IMG/VR virus record: IMGVR_UViG_3300035208_005974
Coordinates: 32,001-96,000 of that record
DNA: 64,000 nt
Reading direction: 5' to 3' (one strand)
DNA from: a virus
Lineage: Duplodnaviria; Caudoviricetes
In this document: piece after piece, positions 41,093 through 52,728 of the stretch
Position numbering within the stretch: the stretch's first letter is position 1
Layout of the letters: each line of letters opens with the position of its first letter
Program-made: the position numbers and the translations under genes
The notes under the pieces: generated by a model
What the model was told of the DNA's origin: nothing
Database searches by the model: none
Seen by the model: only the letters and a program-made list of their open reading frames with translations

Positions 41093-41560
41093 ATGAAATT
41101 AGAAGACATTAAACTTGGTATGAAAGTCATTATCACACAGGATCGAACGGGAAACGGCTGGACTCCGTTGCATCCAGATGTAGCGAAGGCATTTATCGGC
41201 AAAGTAGGAAATGTGAGAGGGATGTGGATTCCTTCTGAGAAAGAAGACAGACGGGCTTTTATAATTGATGTAAAAGTAGATGAACTATATGATGCATATG
41301 GTACTATTTCGTTGCCAATGAGTTCGATTAAACCTGTTATGCCGAATTATTGTAGAATAGATGACACTATATTATTCATGAATGGTAGTCAACAGGAAGT
41401 CGGCACTATTTTGCAATATGTAGAAAAAGAAAATGGCAACAATAAGGATTGCCACTTGGTCGTTGAAATCAAGAAAGACGATGGTAATATAAAGTATGCC
41501 GTGATTTCAAGTGATTGCGTGATAGGTAAGGCTGATCCCAATAAATCCATTCATTATTAG
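41093..41560 (+). CDS. Hypothetical protein with tandem KOW/SH3-like modules
   Basis: IKLGMKVII..GKVGNV; GGAG at 41080. Confidence 0.55.
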   Translation: MKLEDIKLGMKVIITQDRTGNGWTPLHPDVAKAFIGKVGNVRGMWIPSEKEDRRAFIIDVKVDELYDAYGTISLPMSSIKPVMPNYCRIDDTILFMNGSQQEVGTILQYVEKENGNNKDCHLVVEIKKDDGNIKYAVISSDCVIGKADPNKSIHY

Positions 41561-41574
41561 AACATGGAGGCACT

Positions 41575-42911
41575 GTGATGTTTGATACAAAAACAAGAAT
41601 ACACAAATTGAAGTTAGCCTTACTTAAGGAAGGCGGAGATTATCGATTTGATGCTGGTACTAGGATGTCATGGATTCTACATGAATATTCAGACATAATG
41701 GAACCAGAGCCGGGTATTAGCAAAGAAGATGATCTTAGAAACATGCTAAAGGAATCTGGGTATTATCCAAGGGATATCGAAGAAATTGTAGAGGAAGTGT
41801 ATGGTGACCAAAACTTATAAATAGAATCAAGTACTAGTAGTATATAGTAAAAAGTGAGGTGAATTGAAGTGACTACACGAAAACAGGAAATGATACATGC
41901 GTTGAAGACAGCAATAAAAAACAATGTGGTTTCCTTTAGAAAAGGTGATGACTATGCAATAGTTGGATATAATGAAGAAATCAAGTTTGAAGCAGGTGTG
42001 AGAATAAGAGATTTCATAGAAAAAGGCTGGAATGAGGTGATCTAAGTTGGAAACAATGCAACAAAAGATTGAAGAATTAGAAAACCAAATTGCTGTACAT
42101 AAAAAACAGTATCACAGAAATGGATGTTGTTATGGTGGAACAAATGGTTGCTGTGATGCCGAAGAACTTATATCAAACGAACTTCGGCTTCGCGAAATTC
42201 TAAGATATCCAGATGGAACACCAAACGTTAGTCCAGGAATTTTGGATAACGGCACACCAGGAATTAAATTACCATTAGGTCGTTATCATTATCCAAAAGA
42301 GTCTGACAAGGATTTTTTGCATAGAATGAAAATAAAATAAAAGTAGTGAGGTGACCTATATGATGCCAAAAATTGGGCTATTTCCAGGCGAAGAAACAAT
42401 CCTGGATAGACTAAACAAAGAAGGAAGCTGGAATGATTTATCCTTGTTTATGAAGTGTTTGCGTGCTGGTAATACTCTTATTAGTATTATGTCAACAGAT
42501 AGCTTTGCTCGTTGGCAACTTCACCAGCAATGGAATAGGGAAATACATGAATCGTGGGCAAGCAAGAACAACGAGGGCATAGTAATTGGCTTCTTTGATA
42601 CTGGCGAAGCGGAAGAAATTTCACTATTTGAAAGATATAATAAGTTTTCGAGTATATACCCAAACGATCAATTGATCATTGGACGCGGATTAGAAATATT
42701 ATCGCATCATATATATGCTCACTGGGATACATCCAAAAGTCAGGAATTTGATGAATGCTTTAGCATGGGTGGTACAGAAAAGTATGATGCCAAAACTCGA
42801 CTATATACAAGAAAGTCAATGTCGGGTAGACATGACTATGTATTGAAGGTTGGACCCGAGCCTCGTAATGAAGTAACCATAGTAGAAGCCGGAGGAAAGA
42901 CATGGAATTAA
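41575..42911 (+). CDS. Cluster of hypothetical proteins (41575-41820, 42047-42340, 42351-42911)
   Basis: ORFs with GAGGTG-type RBS. Confidence 0.5.
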
Positions 42912-43560
42912 GTTTTATTGCAATAAAAAGTGCCATGAATCGGCATTTGGAAAAGATGATAGCGGATACTTCCCATCTTTTCGTGGTAGATGTTTCGAAA
43001 GAGGAAATGTGGCAGACATATCTGGGTGCGTTTTCAGAGGGCACAAATCCAATCATGAGGACACGGACAGAACATGATTGCAGCTGCTGTAGGCACTTCA
43101 TGAGGGACTTCGGAAATGTGGTCTCGATTAAGAACGGCATCGTAACCACTATCTGGGACTTTCCGACCGATAGAATTGGAAATTATGGACCAGTTGTTGA
43201 GGCAATGACAAGTCTAATTCGGTCCAAGCCCGTCCGTGACATTTTTGTAACCGATGTCGCAAAAATTGGCACCGACAAGACACCCGAAATGTTTGAGAAC
43301 GGTGAGGTATACGCCTGGGAACACTTTTATTATGAGTTACCGGATTGTCTTGTAATGCCTACGAAGCGATCCACAAAAGACACAATCCGCGGAAATGCGC
43401 ATTCCCTGAAGGACGTTTTCAAGAGGTCCCTAGAAGAGTTGACACCAGATAGCATTGCAACTGTTCTAGAACTAATCGCATCAAACAGTCTATATAAGGG
43501 CGAAGAATGGAAGTCATAATTAGAGGCGTTTCTGGCACATAAAAACGCATACGACAAAAC
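42902..43560 (+). pseudogene. Probably truncated phage protein (HDCSCC motif)
   Basis: TAA at 43517-43519 is followed by a plausible in-frame continuation LEAFLAHKNAYDK. Confidence 0.5.
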
Positions 43561-43666
43561 TATGAATGACGGCATAAAAAAGAAAATAATATATAAGCAA
43601 CGGGCAGTGCTTGGGGAGAAAAAGATGACTAAGCAGATAAGGATTAGGTGGATATTATAAGGAGGT

Positions 43667-43990
43667 ATGAAGATGTTTGTGCATTGTCATAATTGTGGAT
43701 GGGAACAGGACGATTTCTATTCAATCAATGGATACAATCCCACCAGCTTCTTGGCAAGTTTGAACGAAGACTTGTGCGGAAATAGATTAGATGATATCGT
43801 ACACTGTGGCGAATTCGTCAATGGTATATCGATCCGTTCCGATATAACAAAACGAGAATGGATCGCTCGATATTACGAGCAATTCGCTAGACACATACGA
43901 GAAATGAAGTGGGTCACGGCAGAACGATTTTATGCTGACCCCGATAAGGTATGTCCGAAGTGTGGCTCGGATAAGCTGGATTTGGATTAG
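43667..43990 (+). CDS. Zinc-ribbon protein
   Basis: CHNCG...CPKCGS; AGGAGGT RBS. Confidence 0.65.
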   Translation: MKMFVHCHNCGWEQDDFYSINGYNPTSFLASLNEDLCGNRLDDIVHCGEFVNGISIRSDITKREWIARYYEQFARHIREMKWVTAERFYADPDKVCPKCGSDKLDLD

Positions 43991-44207
43991 AGATTGGGTA
44001 TTATTAATGAAGAATGAGAAATGTCCTGATACGATGTCTATAAAAGTCAATATAGACAAAATGCCGCTACCTGTCATTCTAAAATTTGACGGCAAGTTCA
44101 CGAAGATCAAACATATTAAAGTTTTTCAGCCTCCTTTAGATGGGTGATGGAAAGAAAGAATGACAGAATATTGCTTTCGGAAAACATCGCTACTTTGAGG
44201 AAAGAGG

Positions 44208-44573
44208 ATGAATGAAAAAAGAGGAGATGTAATGAGTACGCTGGAATGGTCCAGGAGTGATGATGAGGGATGTGAATTTGTTGGGAGAGAACATGATACC
44301 CCGACAGTCGATAAGGTTAAAAAAATAATTATAAATGCTTTGGAAAACAAAAATTATGATTGGCGCACTATTGATGGAATTGTTCGAGAAACCGCCTTGC
44401 CCGTGGAAGAAGTTCGTGATATGATAAAAAAACTCGCAGAAGATGGTATTGTCGTTCGTGCACCTTATACTGCCAAGAATGGGGCTAATATATACACGAC
44501 CCGGAAGCATTATCATGAAACAATTGGCCTATTGGGGAGATTAATATCTGCATTAACCGATCGAATTATATAG
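44208..44573 (+). CDS. Winged-helix protein
   Basis: WRTIDGIVRETALPVEEVRDMIKKLAEDGIV..IYT. Confidence 0.6.
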   Translation: MNEKRGDVMSTLEWSRSDDEGCEFVGREHDTPTVDKVKKIIINALENKNYDWRTIDGIVRETALPVEEVRDMIKKLAEDGIVVRAPYTAKNGANIYTTRKHYHETIGLLGRLISALTDRII

Positions 44574-44931
44574 ATGATTTCGTTGTAGACTGTCATTAAT
44601 ATTACCGTTGCTGCATTCTGTACGATCCCGACCTAATCGTGTGCCCGGTATGTAATGGAAGTGGCAAAGTTGCAAGATCGTCTTCGCTGGATGATCTACT
44701 GGTTGACGAGGGCACTTATACAGTTACCTTTGGGGAGGCTATACTTCCATCTTCTACCAAGCAGGGAATGAAACCAGCAACCACGGTATCTATTATTCAT
44801 TGGTACCGATGAAGGAGGTAAATAATGAATCCTGATAATGAAGAAGACCTAATACATTACAGAGAACGTCTGAACAAGATTTTAGATTCGGATATCTATA
44901 GAATTGAGCTGAACTATCCAGAGGCCTTCAG

Positions 44932-45297
44932 ATGACTCTATCTGAGCTTCTGGCGGATCTGAAAATGGTCGATTATAAGACTTGGAATGACATCGATCTA
45001 TCATTATCATTCTTAATCAACGTAAATAGTCCATCTGGTCATGCCCTAATTCAAAGTTGCATCCAGCGAGCATGCGAAAGCCGAGGATGGACATGGAATA
45101 TATGTAAACAAACACCAGAAGAAGAAAAATCACATTATGCTGAAATATGTGAAATTGGTCCTGGATACGACGGAGATTATTATAACCAATACCATGAATC
45201 AGGTATAACATGGAAAGAAGCAAATTCCCCAGCAGAGGCATTGCTAGGTGCGTACATAACAGCAGTCAACTACCACGTCCTGAAGGGCGTGGCTTGA
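44932..45297 (+). CDS. Hypothetical protein with its C-terminus interrupted by the IscB element
   Basis: Joining 45264 to 46744 restores ...AYITA-IKLMNQYTESKGSKNV* (stop ends 46794). Confidence 0.7.
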   Translation: MTLSELLADLKMVDYKTWNDIDLSLSFLINVNSPSGHALIQSCIQRACESRGWTWNICKQTPEEEKSHYAEICEIGPGYDGDYYNQYHESGITWKEANSPAEALLGAYITAVNYHVLKGVA

Positions 45298-45520
45298 ACG
45301 GCGACGTTCGACGCAAGAGTTGATTAGGGAGCTTAGGTGAAAATCTATGCAGAAGTTATCAGAGAGACAATTAATTAGCACACCTACAAGTGCTTCACTA
45401 GCTTGTAGCTCTGTGGTTCCGTCTTTAAACAGAGAGGAAACTCTCAGTGAGCGGAGCTTCTCGACCTCTGATAACAATCCCGAAGTGAACAACGCCCACA
45501 TACAGGCGGTCTTAAAGACA
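45245..45520 (+). ncRNA. IscB omega-RNA: 5' guide from the flank plus scaffold; limits approximate
   Basis: Established IscB layout; structured region upstream of the PLMP codons. Confidence 0.65.
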
Positions 45521-46743
45521 AATGTGTATGTATTAGCAGTAGATGGCAAACCATTAATGCCATGTTCAAGAGCGAAAGCTAGAAAGTTATTAAAAAGCAA
45601 CAAAGCTACAATTGTTAAACATAATCCATTCACTATAAAACTAACTTTTGAATGTGAAAACCAAATTCAGTCTATTACATTAGGAGTAGATACTGGATAT
45701 CAACATATAGGATTATCTGCTAAATCAGAAAAGGCAGAGTATTGGTCTTCAGAAGTTGTATTGCGAAACATTTCTCCTTTATTAACAGAAAAGAAAATGT
45801 ATCGTCGCGGAAGACGCAATAAACTGTGGTATAGAAAACCAAGATTCTTGAATAGAAAACGTAAAAAAGGATGGTTACCTCCAAGTATTGATTACCGCAT
45901 AAATTCTCATATCAAAATCATTGAGAAAGTATGTTCTTTGTTACCAATTACTTCCATTATAGTTGAAGTAGCAAACTTTGACATACAGAAACTCAAGAAT
46001 CTTGAAATAAAAGGGGTAGGTTATCAACAGGGAGATCTATATGGATATGAAAATATAAAATCGTATTTAATCGAACGCGAACACGCCAGATGCCAACTAT
46101 GCCATGAAATATCAACACGTACTAATTCATTTAGAGTGCATCATATAATACAAAAAAGTAAAGGTGGCACGGACAAACCTGACAATCTTGCTTTGCTTCA
46201 CGAAAAATGTCATACTAAATTACACAAAGAGAATTTAGGACACCTATTAACCAAGAACAAACAATACAAAGCAGAAACCTTTATGTCAATTATGAGGAAT
46301 ACGCTTGTAACTGAACTAAGAAATACGCATACGGTAATGGAAACCTTTGGTCATATTACAAAGATGAGAAGAAACACATTAAACATTGAAAAGTCTCATA
46401 TTAATGATGCTTTTGTGATAGCCAAGGGCAGTAACCAAGTCCGTTCTGTGCCTCTGACTATAATTCAGAAACGGCATAACAATAGGTGTCTTCAATTGAA
46501 CAGGAAGGGCTTCAAACCTTCAGTTAGACACCAGAGATATCCCTACCAACCCAAAGACGTAGTTATGATTCAAGGTGTCTATTATGATGTTACTGGGACT
46601 TTTAACAAAGGTTCTTGGATACGGGTAACAAAAGCAGGAACAGTGTTCAACTTTTCTACAAAGAAGGTTGAAAGTCATTATGTAACTAACGGTTGGGCAA
46701 TTCATCCACACCCTGAAGGATGTGGTCTTCTTGCCCCACAGGG
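45265..46743 (+). mobile_element. IscB-encoding IS200/IS605-superfamily element, no tnpA
   Basis: Starts GTCAACTA-CCACGTCC-TGAA-GGGCGTGG hairpin; ends CCACACCC-TGAA-GGATGTGG..GGG followed by ATAAA. Confidence 0.9.
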
Positions 46744-46747
46744 ATAA
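45347..46747 (+). CDS. iscB: IscB RNA-guided nuclease; start uncertain (45347 or near 45522)
   Basis: GKPLMP, RuvC-I GVDTG, Arg-rich bridge helix, RuvC-II VEVANFD, HNH (HHI..GGTD..NL..CH), RuvC-III SHINDA. Confidence 0.95.
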   Translation: MQKLSERQLISTPTSASLACSSVVPSLNREETLSERSFSTSDNNPEVNNAHIQAVLKTNVYVLAVDGKPLMPCSRAKARKLLKSNKATIVKHNPFTIKLTFECENQIQSITLGVDTGYQHIGLSAKSEKAEYWSSEVVLRNISPLLTEKKMYRRGRRNKLWYRKPRFLNRKRKKGWLPPSIDYRINSHIKIIEKVCSLLPITSIIVEVANFDIQKLKNLEIKGVGYQQGDLYGYENIKSYLIEREHARCQLCHEISTRTNSFRVHHIIQKSKGGTDKPDNLALLHEKCHTKLHKENLGHLLTKNKQYKAETFMSIMRNTLVTELRNTHTVMETFGHITKMRRNTLNIEKSHINDAFVIAKGSNQVRSVPLTIIQKRHNNRCLQLNRKGFKPSVRHQRYPYQPKDVVMIQGVYYDVTGTFNKGSWIRVTKAGTVFNFSTKKVESHYVTNGWAIHPHPEGCGLLAPQG

Positions 46748-46786
46748 AATTAATGAACCAATATACTGAATCCAAAGGAAGTAAAA

Positions 46787-47544
46787 ATGTCTGAAAATAC
46801 AATTACAATCGAAGGCAAAAATGGTATTATGTTAATTGAAGGAATTGACTATATACTAAACATGAAAAAAGGTTCAATAACCATAACAGGAGAAGGATTT
46901 TCAAAGTTTCCAGCCATCATAATGGTTTCATATAAGTCTAAACCATACCATAAAAGAAAAGGGAACCGTCCTCATTGTAAGGGTACCGGAAATATTAACG
47001 AAATGATAAATATTGACGATACTAATCATATACTTAGTTATTTTCTTCCTGTTGTTATTGAAAATCGGGATAACCAAAAAACTTAAATACTTATATAATG
47101 TTTAGTAATGTGCACCCCAAAACCAGACAAGGAAAGAACAGAACAGCCTTTTGGTTGTTTTGTTTTTCTTTGTTTGAAGGGGCAAAAATGAAATAATGGG
47201 AGGATAGAATGAGTAAATTGGAATGGCCTAGGGACACGTATTATTTTGGACCAATAATAATACATGTTAATATGATTGAACCATTTATAATAACTGGTGT
47301 TTTTATGGGAATTGATGTCGCTGATATGCACGAAGTTCAATTCGACTCCACAGAACAACGCTCCGAATTTGTGCATATGTTGGATCAATTTCCAGATCAG
47401 TATCCAAAATCAATTATTGACCTAGAAGTTGCAAGAGATCTGGTTTCGGATAAAAAGGCCAGGGATAAAGATTCTAGAGATCGTGAATATCAAATTGGTA
47501 AATATAAAAAAAGTGGTGGATTTTGGGATATGCTAAGATTTTGA
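46787..47544 (+). CDS. Two hypothetical proteins (46787-47086, 47209-47544)
   Basis: ORFs; GGAGG before 47209. Confidence 0.5.
47108..47183 (+). ncRNA. Promoter-proximal long hairpin RNA, copy B
   Basis: ATGTGCACCCCAAAAC, a 24-bp stem (47124-47176) with five G-U pairs and one bulge, then GAAGGGGC. Confidence 0.65.
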
Positions 47545-47561
47545 TAATATAGAGGCATATA

Positions 47562-49125
47562 ATGTCAAAGTATATTATGAAGTTCATAGTTGGTTCAATA
47601 CCGTGTGTATTACTAGTATTGCTTGTGTGGTTATTGAGGGACTATACAATATATATAGTATATGCTTTGGTAATAGGATCAATATTATTGGTTATATACA
47701 CAATTGGTACAATTATTGATTGGACATTGGAGATGCGTGATTACTGATGTCGATATTACAATACATTCGGTATTTTGTGATTGGATTAATACCGTTTTCG
47801 ATAATTATAATTATTATTAATGCAATAAGTTATGGCTGTTCAATAGCACCCGACTATATTAATATAATTTTAGGTATAATTGCGTTAGCATATCTGATAG
47901 TGTTATTATACTTATTGGTTCAATAATAGATACTGGTTATTTACGGAAGTGGTAGTAATGTACAAAGAACCTACTTATAGTAAAGCAATATTTAATATAT
48001 TTCTTGCAAGAGTTCTAAAAGAAAGGGAAGCCATGAAAAATATTGCAAATGGAAAATATAGCAAAGTACATAATATGATGATTGTTTATGGGGATAAAAA
48101 CATTAAAGAATCTTGGAAACTTGATAGGAAGTAAATAAATGTTAAGATATGCATTATATGATTCAGTATTATTATTCATGACGTCATTTTGGGGATTTGT
48201 TTTGATTTATGCCGGATTTATAAAAATTTATGAGGAATTTGGAACAACAATAGCAATTTGTGGAATAGCGCTAACAGGACTTATTATGTTTGCTTGGTTA
48301 CGTGAAACATATTGAGGTATAACATGAAAACCTACAAAGGCATCTTTTACGCAAAGCACGGCCCAAACAAGATTGTTTTGTTTAAGGCATCTGACTATAC
48401 AGCTGCCATCCATTACATGGAAGACATTAAAAGCGACTTGTTTGGCATAGTGAATAATAGAAAAGTGTATACCGGTCACTGGGAAATTCAAGAACCTACA
48501 TGCGAAGACCTAGTAAAGGACTTTTTGATTGATTTAGTTAATAATTGGCATTCGAATGAAATAGATTTCGACGGTGCTGCGAAAGAATTAATAGAAATTG
48601 TGCAAAACAATATAAAAAACAATTAGGAATATCATGAAAAGTATTCTTGAATTATTAATGAATAACATAAAAATAGTTGTTAATACGCCGTTTAAAGCAA
48701 TACTTGCAATACTATTAATAACGGTATTTATAATTTTCTTAGCATTCATAGAAGCTTATGTACTGACTACTATAAGTGTACTGCTTGGTATAGTATTGGT
48801 TCTACCACTAGCTTTCATTGGTTGTGTTATTACACGCACTTGGTTTGATCTTATGGTTGAGTGGAACTTATAGGAGATATACATGAAAAATTTATGGGAA
48901 GTATTCGTGTGTAGTATAAAATCAGCTACAAAAGACTTTGTAGAAATATTTGCACTAGTATTATTGATTATATTTGGGTTTTCATTTGTGTGTATAGAAA
49001 TTTATGTATTTTGCACGAATATGCTACTGGGTATTATATTATTTTTCCCACTATTGTTTATAGGTCTTGTGGTTATCAATTTTTGGTTTAACCTCGCAAA
49101 TGAATGCAAATTTTATGATGTTTAG
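47562..49125 (+). CDS. Cluster of tiny two-TM membrane proteins (47562-47747, 47747-47926, 48634-48873, 48883-49125) with small soluble ORFs between
   Basis: Hydrophobic hairpins; 48634 and 48883 are mutually similar. Confidence 0.6.
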
Positions 49126-49501
49126 GTGATAATAATATGTATATATATTGTCAATACTGGAACTTGATCGAAGTTAGCTAATTTATAATATCCTTCAAAT
49201 ACATGCGTATTCGATTGTAAATATTCTTTTGTACAATCATCTTTTTTTGGGAAGTTTTTAAAGGTCAATACTTTATAGCACGGTTCTCCACACCGTACTA
49301 ATTTTTCAAATTCTATGTATGCGTTTTTGGTGTTTTTTCTTTGGATCCAATCAATTATTATCATTGTGTGTCTCCTAATAACGTTAATTATGTATATAGG
49401 GTTTTTGTATTTATAGTTTTTGGTGGTCCTATAATAAAAGTTAGTCGTAAAACTGTATTTACTCCTTTTTATTGAATAAGTTGTTTTGAGGTTCATCTTA
49501 T

Positions 49502-51199
49502 ATGACTGAAATAAAGTATATGGTTCCAACAATGCCCAAGAAAAAACCACGGGCTTTCTTAAAGAAAAAGCCGGGCGCGCAAGTGACGTCAGTTGGAGGC
49601 GGCGGAAGTAGTATAACGGCTGCAGCAGTTGGCGCTCCTTTCCCAAATATATATTCATTTTATTCTGGTAATCGCATAGATATAAAGCTGTTGGAACAGA
49701 CTGCTAGGGCACCACCTGTTGCCCGCTCCTTATGGCAATTACAGTTGATTGCGTTTCCAAGATTTGATTTTAAATTAAATCCGCCTGACGATATTGAGGA
49801 AGACCCAGAAGTCACCAATGAAATCCTAACGAAACTTAAAGAGTTGGACCACAACATCGACACCACCATACTTTGCGTACAAGCCTTATATGACATTATG
49901 ACGTATGGATCCTTTGTTGCTGAAGTTACATGGCGTGAAGACGAAGACGGCTACATAGTCCCTGATATTGTGAATAGGTTACCGGCTGCTTCATTTAAGC
50001 AGGCACCGCCTGAAGCCGAAGGCGATCGTGACAAATATATGGTTGGGCATATACTGAAGGGCATTATTTACAATAAAAAATCAAAGTCCTATGAATACTG
50101 GCAACTTCAAAACAACTATGGAACCACCGGTATTCCGATTAACATTCCAACTGAACAAGTTATTCACATCAAGGATAAGTCGTCGCCTTTTGTAGACGGC
50201 GAGCCATATCTACAAGGCATCGTTAGCACTATCTCCCAGTTGGAATTTGTAAGGAAGCGTGTCATGCAAACTGTTTCCAGAATTGGATCTCCAAAACAAA
50301 TTGCAACAGTTGGCGTACCTCCAGAATATCTGGATGCCCTTAAAAACGCAAGTGGCGTGCCGCTATCCGTTACAAGTGCAATACCTGGCGCTGGATCCAA
50401 TACTGCCGACATAATGTTAACGGACCTCTGGGATTATGCTAGACAGCTCGTGGAAAATCAGTCTGCGGACCTCGCTGTTGCTGTACCTCGTGGCATAGAC
50501 CTTAGCTGGGACCAAGGTCACGTAGCCTTCAATCCAACAGAGATTGATAATTATCTCATCAAGGAGGCCATTAGTCATATATTTCCGCGAGATATGCTGG
50601 AAATTCAAGCGGCAGCAATTTCCGCGACATCTCAGCCATTGTTGCAACTCCTCAAGATGATGGTGCAGGGCTGGCAGAACATGTGTTCCAAGGCGTTCCA
50701 AGAACAAATCTGGAATAAATTCCTGGAATATAATGGATATGAAGGTTGGTCAGTAACCTTTGAATGGGATGACCTGATTCCCCAAGATGAACAAGTAAAA
50801 CAAAACATAGCATTGCAACGTTTTACTAACCACGTTATTACCCTTGATGAAGCTCGCGAAGAACTTGGATTACCCGCCCTGGATCCTGCTCCCTGGATGG
50901 AAGGCCTAACCGTTCGCGAAGTTCTTGAAAAGGAGCTTGCGTTGTGGAGAAATCCGATGGCTGGTCAGCAACAGCCTGGTGGAATGCCCGGAATGGGAAT
51001 GGGAAGTCCTGAAATGGGAGGCATGGACCTAGAAGCATTGTTAGGCAGTGGAAACACCAGCGAAGAACCTGAAGAAACTTATGGTCAAGAACCAGACGTT
51101 TCTGACATAGACATGGGTATGTTGGATGCTGCCTTGCAACGACCTGAAGAAGCAAGTGGCATGGAATTTCAAGCAAAAGAACCTACTATCGCACAATAA
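49502..51199 (+). CDS. Portal protein
   Basis: PPVARSL, MTYGSFVAEV, QVIHIK..GEPYL, ITLDEAREELGLP, acidic tail; first gene of the head module. Confidence 0.85.
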   Translation: MTEIKYMVPTMPKKKPRAFLKKKPGAQVTSVGGGGSSITAAAVGAPFPNIYSFYSGNRIDIKLLEQTARAPPVARSLWQLQLIAFPRFDFKLNPPDDIEEDPEVTNEILTKLKELDHNIDTTILCVQALYDIMTYGSFVAEVTWREDEDGYIVPDIVNRLPAASFKQAPPEAEGDRDKYMVGHILKGIIYNKKSKSYEYWQLQNNYGTTGIPINIPTEQVIHIKDKSSPFVDGEPYLQGIVSTISQLEFVRKRVMQTVSRIGSPKQIATVGVPPEYLDALKNASGVPLSVTSAIPGAGSNTADIMLTDLWDYARQLVENQSADLAVAVPRGIDLSWDQGHVAFNPTEIDNYLIKEAISHIFPRDMLEIQAAAISATSQPLLQLLKMMVQGWQNMCSKAFQEQIWNKFLEYNGYEGWSVTFEWDDLIPQDEQVKQNIALQRFTNHVITLDEAREELGLPALDPAPWMEGLTVREVLEKELALWRNPMAGQQQPGGMPGMGMGSPEMGGMDLEALLGSGNTSEEPEETYGQEPDVSDIDMGMLDAALQRPEEASGMEFQAKEPTIAQ

Positions 51200-51213
51200 C
51201 GGATGGTATAAAA

Positions 51214-52488
51214 ATGTATCGTTTTGTTGGCAAGAAAGGCAAGTGCTACGACTTTGACTTTGACTCACTCAAAAAAGTAGCTATGAAACTTAATTATCGG
51301 TGTCCCAAAGGCAAGTTCGTTCCAGATTCATTTAGTTGTGGTGATACCCCTGAAGAAGCCAAGAAAAACTATGAATCTTTGCATCCAAAAAAAGTATCAA
51401 ACGAGAAAAATATATTAGTAGAAAAGTTGAAGTTTTATGACTCAGAACTTGCAAAAGGTCATAGGTCAACAACTTTGCCAGATGGTACGCGTGTCAATAA
51501 TTTGAAATCGAAGGCAAATGCGTTGCGTAAACAATTAGAAACAACATCATTGATAGCAACAACGCAAAAAATTGCCGACAAAGTCAAATCTGGCAAAAAA
51601 ATAACAAAAGAAGAATATGACGTGTTGAAACCGTTAGTTGAAAAATCCGGTATTTCTAGAAAAGTTACATCAAAGTCTCAAAAAAGTCCATCAATTATCG
51701 CCATCGAAGAAACATTAGAAAAAATTCCAGATAATGTTAATATATTATATAAAGAAATACCATTAAAAAAAGATAACGATTCGTGGTATACCTATAAACC
51801 TTCTATTTATGATACGAGTAGTATATATAAAAATATACCAAAAGTTTCAGTTGGTTTAAATGTCCCAGAATTTCATGGGCCCAATTTGAAATTATTTAAA
51901 CTCAGTCCTGTTAAATATGCCAACATTGATCCATATATTAAGTATATGGATAATATAATGAAAGAAAATAACATACCACCTTTAGAAGGTGGATTAATTT
52001 TTAATGAAGATCATTTTCCTCGTAGTTCTGGTATGTATTATGGAAGCAATAAATCAATTCAAATAGGAAGAAGATATTTTGATGAAAATTATTGTAAAGA
52101 TAAAATAGCTTCAAATAAAGAATATGCTGATAAAAATAATGGTAGACAATATACAGTAGAGGGTTTTTTTGATACCCAGGAAGACTTACTAAAATCTACT
52201 ATACTACACGAATTAGCACACCACGAGTTATCTAGTTATAATAAACAAAATGGTCATGTTGGGAATCATTCGGCTCGAGGTGACGAAGAATTTGAAAAAA
52301 TTATTGAATCTGTTGCAAAATCGGGATGGACACCACCATCTGTATACAGTGAAAATAATTCAGGTGAATTATATGCAGAATGTCGTACTTTGTATTGGAT
52401 GGATAGAAAAGATTTACTTGATCCAAAGATTATTAATTACATAGAAAAAGTGAATAATTTCAATAAAAAAAATAAATACAATGTGTGA
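51214..52488 (+). CDS. Tagged effector 1: zincin metallopeptidase
   Basis: Shared leader and KLNYRC..C tag; LHELAHH and GELYAE. Confidence 0.75.
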   Translation: MYRFVGKKGKCYDFDFDSLKKVAMKLNYRCPKGKFVPDSFSCGDTPEEAKKNYESLHPKKVSNEKNILVEKLKFYDSELAKGHRSTTLPDGTRVNNLKSKANALRKQLETTSLIATTQKIADKVKSGKKITKEEYDVLKPLVEKSGISRKVTSKSQKSPSIIAIEETLEKIPDNVNILYKEIPLKKDNDSWYTYKPSIYDTSSIYKNIPKVSVGLNVPEFHGPNLKLFKLSPVKYANIDPYIKYMDNIMKENNIPPLEGGLIFNEDHFPRSSGMYYGSNKSIQIGRRYFDENYCKDKIASNKEYADKNNGRQYTVEGFFDTQEDLLKSTILHELAHHELSSYNKQNGHVGNHSARGDEEFEKIIESVAKSGWTPPSVYSENNSGELYAECRTLYWMDRKDLLDPKIINYIEKVNNFNKKNKYNV

Positions 52489-52727
52489 ATTATATGGATA
52501 TAATATATGATAATTTTGAACCAGTGTATGGATTTTATGGCGAACTTCATGAATTGTTTAATAACAAAAAAGAAAGTAAGCAAAAACAAAACAAAACCCT
52601 CGACAACGAAATTGTAACTCCCAACAAACTAGACGCGGAAGCAGAAGACATCCTAGGAAGCCTAGAAAACACCGTCATGAAAATCCTGAAGAAGACCAAG
52701 TACTTCGATAAAGTTCCGGAGGAATAA
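52485..52727 (+). CDS. Small hypothetical protein
   Basis: Coupled to both neighbours. Confidence 0.55.
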   Translation: MNYMDIIYDNFEPVYGFYGELHELFNNKKESKQKQNKTLDNEIVTPNKLDAEAEDILGSLENTVMKILKKTKYFDKVPEE

Positions 52728-52728
52728 A

